From the NCBI RefSeq assembly GCF_009914755.1, contig NC_060933.1: a stretch of DNA of 64,000 nucleotides, one strand, 5' to 3'. This document shows positions 15,240 to 30,239 of the stretch, one piece after another. Made by a program: the position numbers and the translations under genes. Position 1 is the stretch's first letter, and the number at the start of each line of letters is the position of its first letter. The notes under the pieces were generated by a model. It did no database searches. It worked only from the letters and a program-made list of their open reading frames with translations, and had not been told where the DNA came from. The DNA comes from the human T2T-CHM13v2.0 reference genome, Homo sapiens.

Positions 15240-18200
15240 AATGGAATGGAATGGAATGGAATGGAATGGAATGGAATGGAATTAACCCGAATAGAATGGA
15301 ATGGAATGGAATGGAATGCAACGGAACGGAATGGAATGGAATAGAATGGAATGGAATGGAATGGAATGGAATGGAATGGAATGGAATGGAATGGAATGGA
15401 ATCGTATGGAATGGAATGGAATGCTACGGAAGAGAATGGAATGGAACGAATTGGAATGGAATGGAATCGAATGGAATGGAATGGAATGGAATGGAATCAA
15501 CCCGAGTGCAGTGGAATTTAATGGAACGGAATGCAATGGAATGGAATCATCCGCAATGGAATGGAATGGAATGGAATGGAATGGAATGGAATCAACCCGA
15601 GTGCAATGGAATGGAGTGGAATGGAATGGAATGGAATGTAAACAACCCGAATGGAATGGAATATAATGGAGTGTAAGGGAATTGAATGGAATCAATCCGA
15701 ATGCAATGGAATGGAATGGAATGGAATGGAATTGAATGGAATGGAATGGAACGGAATCAACCCGAGTGTAATGGAATGGAATCGAAAGGAATGGAAAGGA
15801 ATGGAATGGATTCAACACCAATGTAATGGAAAGGAATGGAATCAACCCGAGTGGAATGGCATGGAATGGAATGGAAAGGAATGGAATGGAATGGTACAGA
15901 ACGGAATGGATTGGAACGAAATGGAAAGAATGGAATGGAATGGAATGGAATGGAATGGAATGGAATGGAATCAACTCGATTGCAATGGAATGGAATGGAA
16001 TGGAATGGAATAGAATGGAATGGAATTAACCCGAATAGATTGGAATGGAATGGAATGGAATCAACCCGAGTACAGGGGAATGGAATGGAATGGAATGCAA
16101 TGGAATGGAATCATCCGTAAAGGAATGGAAAGGAATGGAATGGAATGGAATGGATTGGAATAGAATGGAATGGAATGGAATGGAATCAACTCGATTGCAA
16201 TAGAATGGAATGGAATGGAATTAACCCGAATAGAATGGAATGGAATGGAATGGAACGGAACGGAATGGAATAGAATGGAATGGAAAGGAATGGAATGGAA
16301 GGGAACGGAACGGAATGGAATGGACTGGAATGGAATCAACGCGAGTGCAGGGGAATGGAATGGAATGGAATGCAATGGAATGGAATCTTCCGGAATGGAA
16401 TGGAATGGAATGGATTCAACTCGATTGCAATGGAATGGAATGGAATGGAATAGAATGGAATGGAGTGGAATTAACCCGAATAGAATGGAATGGAATGGAA
16501 TGGAATGGAAAGGAAGGTAATGGAATGGAATGGAATGGAATCAACCCGAGTGCAGGGGAATGGAATGGAATGGAATGCAATGGAATGGAATCGTCCGGAA
16601 TGGAATGCAATGGAATGGAATGGAATGCAATGGAATGGAATCATCCGGAATGGAATGGAATGGAATGGAATGGAATGGAATGGAATGGAATCAACTCGAT
16701 TCCAATGGAATGGAATGGAATAGAACGGAATGGAATTAACACGAATAGAATGGAATGGAATGGAATGGAACGGAATGGAATGGAATGGAATGGATTCAAC
16801 TCGATTGCAATGGAATGAAATAGAATGGAATTGAATGGAATGGAATGGAATTAACCCGAATAGAATGGAATGGAATGGAATGGAACGGAATGTAATGGAA
16901 TAGAATGGAATGGAATCAACCTGAGTGCAGGGGAATGGTATGGAATGGAATGCAATGGAATGGAATCATCAGGAATGGAATGGAATGGAATGGAATGGAA
17001 TGGAATGGAATCAACTCGATTTCAATGGAATGGAATGCAATAGAATGGAATGGAATTAACACGAATAGAATGGATAGGAATGGAATGGAATGGAAAGGAA
17101 AGGAATGGAATGGAATGCAATGGAATCAACCCAATTGCAGGGGAATGGAATGGAATGGAATTCAGTGGAATGGAATGATCCGGAATGGAGTGGAATGTAA
17201 TGGAATGGAATGGAATGGAATGGAATGGAATGGAATGAACCCGAGTGCAATGGAATGGAGAGGAATGGAATGGAATGGAATGGAAACTACCCGAATGGAA
17301 TGGAATGTAATGGAGTGTAAGGGAATTGAATAGAATCAATCCGAATGTAATGGAATGGAATGGAACGGAATGGAATGAAATGGAATGGAATGGAATGGAA
17401 TGGAATGCAATGGAATGGAATCAACCCGAGTGCAATCGAATGGAATCGAATGGAATGGAATGCAATGGAATGGATTCAACTTGAATGGAATGGAAAGAAT
17501 GGAATCAACACGAGTGGAATGGCATGGATTGGAATGGAATGGAATGGAATCAACCCGAGTACAGGGGAATGGAGTGGGATGGAATGCAATGGAAAGGAAT
17601 AATCCGTAATGGAATGGAAAGGAATGGAATGGAATGGAATGGAATGGAATGGAATCAACTCGATTGCAATGGAATGGAGTGGAATGGAATGGATTGGAAT
17701 TAACAGGAATAGAATGGAATGGAATGGAATGGAAAGGAATGGAAGGGAATTGAATGGAATGTAATCAACCCGAGTACAGGGGAATGGAATGGAATGGAAT
17801 GCAATGGAATGGAATCATCCGTAATGTAATGGAAAGGAATGGAATGGAATGGAATGGAATGGAATGGAATGGAATGGAATGGAATGGAATGGAATTAACC
17901 CGAATAGAATGGAATGGAATGGAATGGAACGCAACGGAACGGAATGGAATGGAATAGAATGGAATGGAATGGAATGGAATGGAATGGAATGGAATGGAAT
18001 GGAATGGAATGGAATCGTATGGAATGGAATCAACCCGAGTGCAATGGAATGGAGTGGAATGGAATGGAATGGAATGTAAACAACCCGAATGGAATGGAAT
18101 ATAATGGAGTGTAAGGGAATTGAATGGAATCAATCCGAATGCAATGGAATGGAATGGAATGGAATGGAATTGAATGGAATGGAATGGAACGGAATCAACC

Positions 18201-20315
18201 CGAGTGTAATGGAATGGAATCGAAAGGAATGGAAAGGAATGGAATGGATTCAACACCAATGTAATGGAAAGGAATGGAATCAACCCGAGTGGAATGGCAT
18301 GGAATGGAATGGAAAGGAATGGAATGGAATGGTACAGAACGGAATGGATTGGAACGAAATGGAAAGAATGGAATGGAATGGAATGGAATGGAATGGAATG
18401 GAATGGAATCAACTCGATTGCAATGGAATGGAATGGAATGGAATGGAATAGAATGGAATGGAATTAACCCGAATAGATTGGAATGGAATGGAATGGAATC
18501 AACCCGAGTACAGGGGAATGGAATGGAATGGAATGCAATGGAATGGAATCATCCGTAAAGGAATGGAAAGGAATGGAATGGAATGGAATGGATTGGAATA
18601 GAATGGAATGGAATGGAATGGAATCAACTCGATTGCAATAGAATGGAATGGAATGGAATTAACCCGAATAGAATGGAATGGAATGGAATGGAACGGAACG
18701 GAATGGAATAGAATGGAATGGAAAGGAATGGAATGGAAGGGAACGGAACGGAATGGAATGGACTGGAATGGAATCAACGCGAGTGCAGGGGAATGGAATG
18801 GAATGGAATGCAATGGAATGGAATCTTCCGGAATGGAATGGAATGGAATGGATTCAACTCGATTGCAATGGAATGGAATGGAATGGAATAGAATGGAATG
18901 GAGTGGAATTAACCCGAATAGAATGGAATGGAATGGAATGGAATGGAAAGGAAGGTAATGGAATGGAATGGAATGGAATCAACCCGAGTGCAGGGGAATG
19001 GAATGGAATGGAATGCAATGGAATGGAATCGTCCGGAATGGAATGCAATGGAATGGAATGGAATGCAATGGAATGGAATCATCCGGAATGGAATGGAATG
19101 GAATGGAATGGAATGGAATGGAATGGAATCAACTCGATTCCAATGGAATGGAATGGAATAGAACGGAATGGAATTAACACGAATAGAATGGAATGGAATG
19201 GAATGGAACGGAATGGAATGGAATGGAATGGATTCAACTCGATTGCAATGGAATGAAATAGAATGGAATTGAATGGAATGGAATGGAATTAACCCGAATA
19301 GAATGGAATGGAATGGAATGGAACGGAATGTAATGGAATAGAATGGAATGGAATCAACCTGAGTGCAGGGGAATGGTATGGAATGGAATGCAATGGAATG
19401 GAATCATCAGGAATGGAATGGAATGGAATGGAATGGAATGGAATCAACTCGATTTCAATGGAATGGAATGCAATAGAATGGAATGGAATTAACACGAATA
19501 GAATGGATAGGAATGGAATGGAATGGAAAGGAAAGGAATGGAATGGAATGCAATGGAATCAACCCAATTGCAGGGGAATGGAATGGAATGGAATTCAGTG
19601 GAATGGAATGATCCGGAATGGAGTGGAATGTAATGGAATGGAATGGAATGGAATGGAATGGAATGGAATGAACCCGAGTGCAATGGAATGGAGAGGAATG
19701 GAATGGAATGGAATGGAAACTACCCGAATGGAATGGAATGTAATGGAGTGTAAGGGAATTGAATAGAATCAATCCGAATGTAATGGAATGGAATGGAACG
19801 GAATGGAATGAAATGGAATGGAATGGAATGGAATGGAATGCAATGGAATGGAATCAACCCGAGTGCAATCGAATGGAATCGAATGGAATGGAATGCAATG
19901 GAATGGATTCAACTTGAATGGAATGGAAAGAATGGAATCAACACGAGTGGAATGGCATGGATTGGAATGGAATGGAATGGAATCAACCCGAGTACAGGGG
20001 AATGGAGTGGGATGGAATGCAATGGAAAGGAATAATCCGTAACGGAATGGAAAGGAATGGAATGGAATGGAATGGAATGGAATGGAATCAACTCGATTGC
20101 AATGGAATGGAGTGGAATGGAATGGAATGGAATTAACAGGAATAGAATGGAATGGAATGGAATGGAAAGGAATGGAAGGGAATTGAATGGAATGTAATCA
20201 ACCCGAGTACAGGGGAATGGAATGGAATGGAATGCAATGGAATGGAATCATCCGTAATGTAATGGAAAGGAATGGAATGGAATGGAATGGAATGGAATGG
20301 AATGGAATGGAATGG
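15240..20315 (+). repeat. Recent near-identical tandem duplication (~2.6 kb and ~2.44 kb copies)
   Basis: Identical translated strings at offset 2438 (15651/18089, 16061/18499, 16240/18678), then 2433 (17022/19455, 17360/19793). Upstream GGAATTAACCC at 15278/17891 (offset 2613) implies a ~175 bp indel. Confidence 0.93.
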
Positions 20316-21265
20316 AATCAACCCGAGTGCAATGGAATGGATTCGAATGGAATGGAATGGAATGGAATGGATTCAAGAAGAATGGAATGGAAAGGAATGG
20401 AATCAACCCGAGTGTAATGGCATGGAATGGAATGGAATGGAATGGGATGGAATGGAATGGTACGGAATAGAATGGAATGGAATGAAATGGAATGGAATGG
20501 AATGGAATGAAATGGAATGGAATGGAATGGAATGAACCCGTGTGCTATGGAATGGAATGGAATGGAATGGAATGGATTCAACTCGAATGGAATCAACTCG
20601 ATTGCAATGGAATGGAATGGAATGGAATGGATTCAACTCGAATGGAATCAACTCGATTGCAATGGAATGGAATGGAATGGAAAGGAATAGAATGGAATCA
20701 ACACGTGTTGAATGAAATGGAAAGGACTGGAATGGAGTGGAATGGAATGGAATGGAATTAACCCGAATAGAATGGAATGGAATGGAATGGAACGGAATTT
20801 AATTGAATGGAATGGAATGGAATCAACCCGAGTGCTGGGGAATGGAATGGAATGGAATGCAATGGAATGGAATCATCCGAAATGGAATGGAATGGAATGG
20901 AATGGAATGGAATGGACTTGAATGGAATGGAATGGAATCAACTCGATTTCAATGGAATGGAATGGAATAGAAAGGAATGGAATTAACACGAATACAAAGG
21001 AATGGAATGGAACGGAATGGAACAGAAAGGAATGGAATGGAATGGAATGGAATCAACCCAAGTGCAGGGGAATGGAATGGAATGGAATTCAATGGAATGG
21101 AATCATCCGGAATGGAATGGAATGGAATGGAATGGAATGGAATCAACCCGAGTGCAATGGAATGGAGAGGAATGGAATGGAATCCAATGGAAACTACCCG
21201 AATCGAATGGAGTGTAATGGAGTGTAAGGGAATTGAATAGAATCAATCCGAATGTAATGGAATGG
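20310..21265 (+). repeat. ~950 bp block D, duplicated at 30240-31195 (offset 9930)
   Basis: Rare markers ATTCAAGAAG 20371/30301, GAACCCGTGTGCTATGG ~20534/30464, AACGGAATTTAATTG 20791/30721 and AATACAAAGG 20991/30921 all sit at offset 9930. Confidence 0.92.
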
Positions 21266-21299
21266 AATGGAAGGGAATGGAATGGAATGGAATGGAATG

Positions 21300-24290
21300 G
21301 AATGATACGGAATAGAATGGAATGGAACGAAATGGAATGGAATGGAATGGAATGGAATGGAATGGAATCGTTCCGAGTGGAATAGGAGGGAATGTATTCG
21401 AGTGGAATGGAAAGGAATGGAATCAACCAGAGTGGAATGGAAGGGAATGTAATGGAATGGAAACTAATAGAATGGAATCAACCCGAGTGGAATGGAATGG
21501 AAAGGACTGGAATGGAAAGGAATGGAATGGAATGGAATGGAATGGAATGGAATGGAATCAACGCGAGTGCAGGGGAATGGAATGGAATCGAATGGAATGG
21601 AATGGAATGGAATGGAATCAACACGAGTGCAGGGGAATGTAATGGAACGGAATGCAATGGAATGGAATCATCCGGAAAGGAATGGAATGGAATGGAATGG
21701 AATCAACCCGAGTGCAATTGAAAGGAGTGGAATGGAATGGAATGGAATGGAACAATCCGAATGGAATGGAATGTAATGGAGAGTAAGGGAGTTGAAAAGA
21801 ATCAATCCGAATGTAATGTAATGGAATGGAACAGAATGGAATTGAATGGAATGGAATGGAACGCAATGGAATGGAATCAACCCGAGTACAATGGAATGGA
21901 ATGGATTGGAATGGAACGGAATGGAATGGAATGGAATGGAATGGAATGGACTGGAATGGAATGGAATGCAGTGGAATGGAATCAACCCGAGTACAATGGA
22001 ATGGAATAGAATGGAATGGAATGGAATGGAATGGAATGATACGGAATAGAATGGAATGGAACGAAATGGAATGGAATGGAATGGAATGGAATGGAATGGA
22101 ATGGAATGGAATGGAATGGAATCGTTCCGAGTGGAATAGGAGGGAATGTGTTCGAGTGGAATGGAAAGGAATGGAATCAACCAGAGTGGAATGGAAGGGA
22201 ATGGAATGGAATGGAAACTAATAGAATGGAATCAACCCGAGTGGAATGGAATGGAAAGGACTGGAATGGAATGGAATGGAATGGAATCAACACGATTGTA
22301 ATGCAATGGAATGGAATGGAATGGAATGGAATGGAATGGAATGGAATCAACCCGAGTGCAATGGAATGGAGTGGAATGGAATGGAATGGAATGGAACAAC
22401 CCGAATGGAACGGAATGTAATGGAGAGTAAGGGAGTTGAATAGATTCAATCCGAATGTAATGGAATGGAAAGGAAGGGAATGGAATTGAATGGAATGGAA
22501 TGGAATGCAATGGAATGGAATCAACCCGAGTGCAATGGAATGGAGAGGAATGGAATGGAATGGAGTGGAAACTACCCGAATGGAATGGAATGTAATGGAG
22601 TGTAAGGGAATTGAATAGAATCAATCCGAATGTAATGGAATGGAATGGAACGGAATGGAATGGAATGGAATGGAATGGAATGGAATGGAATGGAATGCAA
22701 TGGAATGGAATCAACCCGAGTGCAATCGAATGGAATCGAATGGAATGGAATGCAATGGAATGGATTCAACTTGAATGGAATGGAAAGAATGGAATCAACA
22801 CGAGTGGAATGGCATGGCTTGGAATGGAATGGAATGGAATCAACCCGAGGACAGGGGAATGGAATGGAATGGAATGCAACGGAATGGAATCATCCGTAAT
22901 GGAATGGAAAGGAATGGAATGGAATGGAATGGAATGGAATGGAATGGAATCAACTCGATTGCAATCGAATGGAATGGAATGGAATTAACCCGAATAGAAT
23001 GGAATGGAATGGAATGGAACGGAACGGAATGGAATGGAATGGAATGGAATGGAATGGAATGGAACGGAACGGAATGGAATGGAATGGAATGGAATGGAAT
23101 AGAATGGAATGGAATCAACGCGAGTGCAGGGGAATGGAATGGAATGGAATGCAATGGAATGGAATCTTCCGGAATGGAATGGAATGGAATGGAATGGAAT
23201 GAAATGCAATGGATTCAACTCGATTGCAATGGAATGGAATAGAATGGAATGGAATGGAATGGAATGGAATGAATTCGAATACAATGGAATGGAATGGAAT
23301 GGAACGGAATGGAACGGAATGGAATGGAATGGAATGGAATGGTATGGAATGGAATGGAATGGTACGGAATAGAATGGAATGGAACGAATTGTAATGGAAT
23401 GGAATTGAATGGAATGGAATGGAATCAACGCGAGTGCAGGGGAATGTAATGGAACGGAATGCAATGGAATGGAATCATCCGCAATGGAATGGAATGGAAT
23501 GGAATGGAATGGAATGGAATCAACCCGAGTGCAATGGAATGGAGTGGAATGGAATGGAATGGAATGGAACAACCCGAATGGAATGGAATGTAATGGAGAG
23601 TAAGGGAGTTGAATAGAATCAATCCGAATGTAATGGAATGGAATGCAACGGAATGGAATGGAATGGAATGGAATTGAATGCAATGGAATTGAATCAACCC
23701 GAGTACAATGGAATGGAATGGAATGGAATGGAATGGAATGGAATGGAATGGAATGGAATGATACGGAATAGAATGGAATGGAACGAAATGGAATGGAATG
23801 GAATGGAATGGAATGGAATGGAATGGAATGGAATGGAATCTTTCCGAGTGGAATAGGAGTGAATGTATTCGAGTGGAATGGAAAGGAATGGAATCAACCA
23901 GAGTGGAATGGAAGGGAATGGAATAGAATGGAAGCTAATAGAATGGAATCAACCCGAGAGGAATGGAATGGAAAGGACTGGAATGGAATGGAATGGAATG
24001 GAATCAACTCGATTTTAATGGAATGGAATGGAATGGAATGGAATGGAATGGAATGGAATTAACCCGAATACAATGCAATGGAATGGAATGGAACGGAATG
24101 GAGTGGAATGGAATGGAATCAACCCGAGTGCAGGGGAATGGAATGGAATGGAATGCAATGGAATGGAATCATCCGGAATGGAATGGAATGGAATGGAATG
24201 CAACGCAATGGAATCAACTCGATTGCAATGGAATGGAATGGAATGGAAACGAATACATTGGAATCAACCCGAGTGGAATGGAATGGAAAG
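21300..24290 (+). repeat. Block A', a distant copy of ~200-2880
   Basis: Shared rare variants: TTGAAAGGAG 631/21718, GCATGGCTTGG ~1715/22813, GAATTCGAATAC 2154/23271, TCTTTCCGAGT 2378/23839, GAAGCTAATA 2470/23931, GATTTTAATG 2550/24011, GGAAACGAATACATTGG 2849/24245. Confidence 0.88.
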
Positions 24291-25504
24291 GACTGGAATG
24301 GAGTGGAATGGAATGGAATGAAATGGAATGGAATGGAATCAACCCGAGTGCAATGGAATGCAGAGGAATGGAATGGAATGGAGTGGAAACTACCCGAATG
24401 GAATGGAATGTAATGGAGTGTAAGGGAATTGAATAGAATCAATCCGAATGTAATGGAATGGAATGGAACGGAATGGAATGGAATGTAATGGAATGGAATG
24501 GAATGGAATGCAATGGAATGGAATCAACCCGAGTGCAATCGAATGGAATCGAATGGAATGGAATGCAATGGAATGGATTCAACTTGAATGGAATGGAAAG
24601 AATGGAATCAACACGAGTGGAATGGCATGGCTTGGAATGGAATGGAATGGAATCAACCCGAGTACAGGGGAATGGAATGGAATGGAATGCAACGGAATGG
24701 AATCATCCGTAATGGAATGGAAAGGAATGGAATGGAATGGAATGGAATGGAATGGAATGGAATGGAATTAACCCGAATACAATGCAATGGAATGGAATGG
24801 AACGGAATGGAGTGGAATGGAATGGAATCAACCCGAGTGCAGGGGAATGGAATGGAATGGAATGCAATGGAATGGAATCATCCGTAATGGAATGGAAAGG
24901 AATGGAATGGAATGGAATGGAATGGAATGGAATGGAATGGAATGGAATCAATTCGATTGCAATCGAATGGAACGGAATGGAATTAACCCGAATAGAATGG
25001 AATGGAATGGAATGGAACGGAACGGAATGGAATGGAATGGAATGGAATGGAATGGAATGGAACGGAACGGAACGGAATGGAATGGAATGGAATGGAATGG
25101 AATGGAATGGAATGGAATCAACTCGATTGCAATCGAATAGAATGGAATGGACTTAACCCGAATAGAATGGAATGGAATGGAATGGAACGGAACGGAACGG
25201 AATGGAATGGAATGGAATGGAACGGAACGGAACGGAATGGAATGGAATGGAATGGAATGGAATGGAATGGAATCAACCCGAGTGCAATGGAATGGAGTGA
25301 AATGGAATGGAATGGAATGGAAACAACCAGAATGGATTGGAATATAATGGAGTGTAAGGGAATTGAATAGAATCAATCTGAATGTAATGAAATGGAATGG
25401 AACGGAATGAAATGGAATGGAATGGAATGGAATGGAATGGAATGCAATCGAATGGAATCAACCCGAGTGCAATCGAATGGAATCGAATGGAATGGAATGC
25501 AATG

Positions 25505-28500
25505 GAATGGATTCAACTTGAATGGAATGGAAAGAATGGAATGAACACGAGTGGAATGGCATGGATTGGAATGGAATGGAATGGAATCAACCCGAGTACA
25601 GGGGAATGGAATGGAATGGAATGCAATGGAATGGAATCATCCGTAATGGAATGGAAAGGAATGGAATGGAATGGAATGGAACGGAATGGAATGGAATCAA
25701 CTCGATTGCAATCGAATGGAATGGAATGGAATTAACCCGAATAGAATGGAATGGAATGGAATGGAACGGAACAGAACGGAATGGAAAGGATTGGAATGGA
25801 ATGCAATGGAATGGAATGGAACGGAAAGGAATGGAATGGAATGGAATGGAATGGAATGGAATGGAATCAACGCGAGTGCAGGGGAATGGAATGGAATGGA
25901 ATGGAATGCAATGGAATGGAATCTTCCGGAATGGAATGGAATGGAATGGAATGGAATGGAATGGAATGGAATGGAATAAACCCCAGTGCAATGGAATGGA
26001 GTGGAATGGAGTGGAATGGAATGGAACAACCCGAATGGAATGGAATGTAATGGAGAGTAAGGGAGTTGAATAGAATCAATCCGAATGTAATGGAATGGAA
26101 TGGAACGGAATGGAATTGAATGGAATGGAATGGAATGCAATGGAATGGAATCAACCCGAGTGCAATGGAATGGAGAGGAATGGAATGGAATGGAATGGAA
26201 ACTACCCGAATGTAATGGAATGTAATGGAGTGTAAGGGAATTGAATAGAATCAATCCGAATGTAATGGAATGGAATGGAACGGAATGGAATGGAATGGAA
26301 TAGAATGGAATGCAATGGAATGGAATCAACCCGACTGCAATCGAATGGAATCGAATGGAATGGAATGCAATGGAATGGATTCAACTTGAATGGAATGGAA
26401 AGAATGGAATCAACACGAGTGGAATGGCATGGATTGGAATGGAATGGAATGGAATCAACCCGAGTACAGGGGAATGGAATGGAATGGAATGCAATGGAAT
26501 GGAATCATCCGTAATGGAATGGAAAGGAATGGAATGGAATGGAATGGAATGGAATGCAATGGAATGGAATGGAATCAAATCAACTCGATTGCAATAGAAT
26601 GGAATGGAATGGAATTAACCCGAATAGAATGGAATGGAATGGAATGGAACGGAACTTAATGGAATGGAATGGAATGGAATGGAATGGAACGGTACGGAAC
26701 GGAATGGAATGGAATGGAATGGAATGGAATGGAATCAACGCGAGTGCAGGGGAATGGAATGGAATGGAAGGCAATGGAATGGAATCTTCCGGAATGGAAT
26801 GGAATGGAATGGAATGAAATGCAATGGATTCAACTCGATTGCAATGGATTGGAATAGAATGGAATGGAATGGAATGGAATGGAATGGAATGGAATGGAAT
26901 TAACCCGAATGGAATGGAATGGAATTGAATGGAACGGAATGGAACGGAATGGAATGGAATGGAATGGAATGGAATGGAATGGTATGGAATGGAATGGAAT
27001 GGTACGGAATAGAATGGAATGGAATGAATTGTAATGGAATGGAATTGAATGGAATGGAATGGAATGGAATGGAATCAACGCGAGTGCAGGGGAATGTAAT
27101 GGAACGGAATGCAATGGAATGGAATCATCCGGGATGGAATGGAATGGAATGGAATGGAATGGAATGGAATCAACCCGAGTGCAAAGGAATGGAGTGGAAT
27201 GGAATGGAATGGAATGGACCAACCCGAATGGAATGGAATGTAATGGAGAGTAATGGAGTTGAATAGAATCAATCCGAATGTAATGGAGTGGAATGCAACC
27301 GAATGGAATGGAATGGAATGGAATGGAATGCAATGCAATGGAATGGAATCAACCCGAGTACAATGGAATGGAATGGAATGGAATGGAATGGAATGGAATG
27401 GAATGGAATGATACGGAATAGAATGGAATGGAACGAAATGGAATGGAATGGAATGGAATGGAATGGAATGGAATGGAATGGAATGGAATCGTTCCGAGTG
27501 GAATAGGAGGGAATGTATTCGTGTGGAATGGAAAGGAATGGAATCAACCAGAGTGGAATGGAAGGGAATGGAATGGAATGGAAACTAATAGAATGGAATC
27601 AACCCGAGTGGAATGGAATGGAAAGGACTGGAATGGAATGGAATGGAATGGAATGGAATGGAATCAACTCGATTGTAATGGAATGGAATGGAATGGAATG
27701 GAATGGAATGGAATTAACCCGAATACAATGGAATGGAATGGAATGGAACGGAATGGAGTGGAATGGAATGGAATCAACCCGAGTGCAGTAGAATGGAATG
27801 GAATGGAACGAAATGGAATGGAATGCAATGGAATGGAATGGAATGGTATGGAATGGAATGGAATGGTACGGAATAGAATGGAATGGAACGAATTGGAATG
27901 GAATGGAATCGAATGGAATGGAATGGAATCAACCCGAGTGCAGGGGAATGTAATGGAACGGAATGCAAGGGAATGGAATCATCCGGAATGGAATGGAAAG
28001 GAATGGAATCAACCCGAGTGCAAAGGAATGGAGTGGAATGGAATGGAATGGAATGTAAACAACCCGAATGGAATGGAATATAATGGAGTGTAAGGGAATT
28101 GAATGGAATCAATCCGAATGTAATTGAATGCAATGGAAACGAATGGAATTTAATGGAATGGAATGGAATTGAATGGAATGGAATGGTATGGAATGGAATG
28201 GAATGGTGCGGAATAGAATGGAATGGAACGAATTGGAATGGAATGGAATGGAATGGAATGGAATGGAATGGAATGGAATCAACCCGAGTGCAGTGGAATT
28301 TAATGGAACGGAATGCAATGGAATGGAATCATACGCAATCGAATGGAATAGAATGGAATGGAATGGAATGGAATCAACCCGAGTGCAATGGAATGGAGTG
28401 GAATGGAATGGAATGGAATGTAAACAACCCGAATGGAATGGAATATAATGGAGTGTAAATGAATTGAATGGAATCAATCCGAATGTAATGGAATGGAATG

Positions 28501-29230
28501 GAAAGGAATGGAATTGAATGGAATGGAATGGAATGGAATCAACCCGTGTGTAATGGAATGGAATCGAAAGGAATGGAAAGGAATGGAATGGATTCAACAC
28601 CAATGTAATGGAAAGGAATGGAATCAACCCGAGTGGAATGTCATGGAATGGAATGGAAAGTAATGGAATGGAATGGTACAGAACGGAATGGATTGGAACG
28701 AAATGGAATGGAATCGAATGGAATGGAATGGAATGGAATGGAATCAACTCGATTGCAATGGAATGGAATGGAATGGAATGGAATAGAATGGAATGGAATT
28801 AACCCGAATAGATTGGAATGGAATGGAATGGAATCAACCCTAGTACAGGGGAATGGAATGGAATGGAATGCAATGGAATCGAATCATCCATAAAGGTATG
28901 GAAATGAATGGAATGGAATGGAATGGAATGGAATAGAATGGAATGGAATGGAATGGAATCAACTCGATTGCAATAGAATGGAATGGAATGGAATTAACCC
29001 GAATAGAATGGAATGGAATGGAATGGAACGGAACGGAATGGAATGGAATGGAATGGAATGGAATGGAACGGAACGGAATGGAATGGAATGGAATGGAATG
29101 GAATCAACGCGAGTGCGGGGGAATGGAATGGAATGGAAGGCAATGGAATGGAATATTCCGGAATGGAATGGAATGGAATGGAATGGAATGGAATGGAATG
29201 GAATGGAATGGATTCAACTCGATTGCAATG
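25505..29230 (+). repeat. Blocks B'+C', a copy of ~11030-13680 joined to a copy of ~15490-16430
   Basis: Markers TCCGGGATGG 12501/27128, ACCAACCCGA 12591/27218 and GAGTAATGGAGTTG 12621/27248 (offset 14627; ~14480 upstream, 14607 downstream), then TTCAACACCAATGTAAT ~15811/28593 (offset 12782). Confidence 0.88.
29150..29164. promoter_or_regulatory. Variant consensus heat shock element GGAATATTCCGGAAT
   Basis: The substitution falls on an n position, so nGAAnnTTCnnGAAn is retained. Confidence 0.55.
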
Positions 29231-30239
29231 GAATGGAATGGAATGGAATGGAATGGAACGGAACGGAACGGAAAGGAATGGAATGGAATGGATTGGAATG
29301 GAATGGTACGGAATGGAATGGAATGGAACGAAATGGAATGGAATGGAATGGAATGGAATGCAATGGAATGGAATGGAATCGTTCCGAGTGGAATAGGAGG
29401 GAATGTAATCGAGTGGAATGGAAAGGAATGGAATCAACCAGAGTGGAATGGAAGGGAATGGAATGGAATGGAAACTAATAGAATGGAATTAACCCGAGTG
29501 GAATGGAATGGAAAGGACTGGAATGGAATGGAATGGAATGGAATGGAATCAACTCGATTGTAATGGAATGGAATGGAATGGAATGGAATGGAATGGAATG
29601 GAATGGAATGGAATGGAATTAACCCGAATACAATGGAATGCAATGGAATGGAACGGAATGGAGTGGAATGGAATGGAATCAACCCGAGTGCAGGGGAATG
29701 GAATGGAATGTAATGTAATGGAATGGAATCATCCGGAATGGAATGGAATGGAATGGAATGCAAAGCAATGGAATCAACTCGATTGCAATGGAATGGAATG
29801 GAATGGAAAGGAATAGAATGGAATCAACCCGAGTGGAATGGAATGGAAAGGACTGGAATGGAGTGGAATGAAATGGAATGGAATGGAAAGGAATCAACTC
29901 GATTGGAATGAAATGGAATGGAATGGAATGGAATTAACCCGAAAAGAATGGAATGGAATGGAATGGAACGGAATGGAATGGAATGGAATGGAATGGAATG
30001 GAATCAACCTGAGTGCTGTGGAATGGAATGGAATGGAATGCAATGGAATGGAATCATCCGGAAAGGAATGGAATGGAATGGAATGGAATCAACCCGATGC
30101 AATGGAATGGAATGGAATGGAATGGAATGGAATGGAAACATCCCGAATGGAATGGAATATAATGGAGTGTAAGGGAATTGAATAGAATCAATGCGAATGT
30201 AATGGAATGGAATGGAATGAAATGGAATGGAATGGAATG

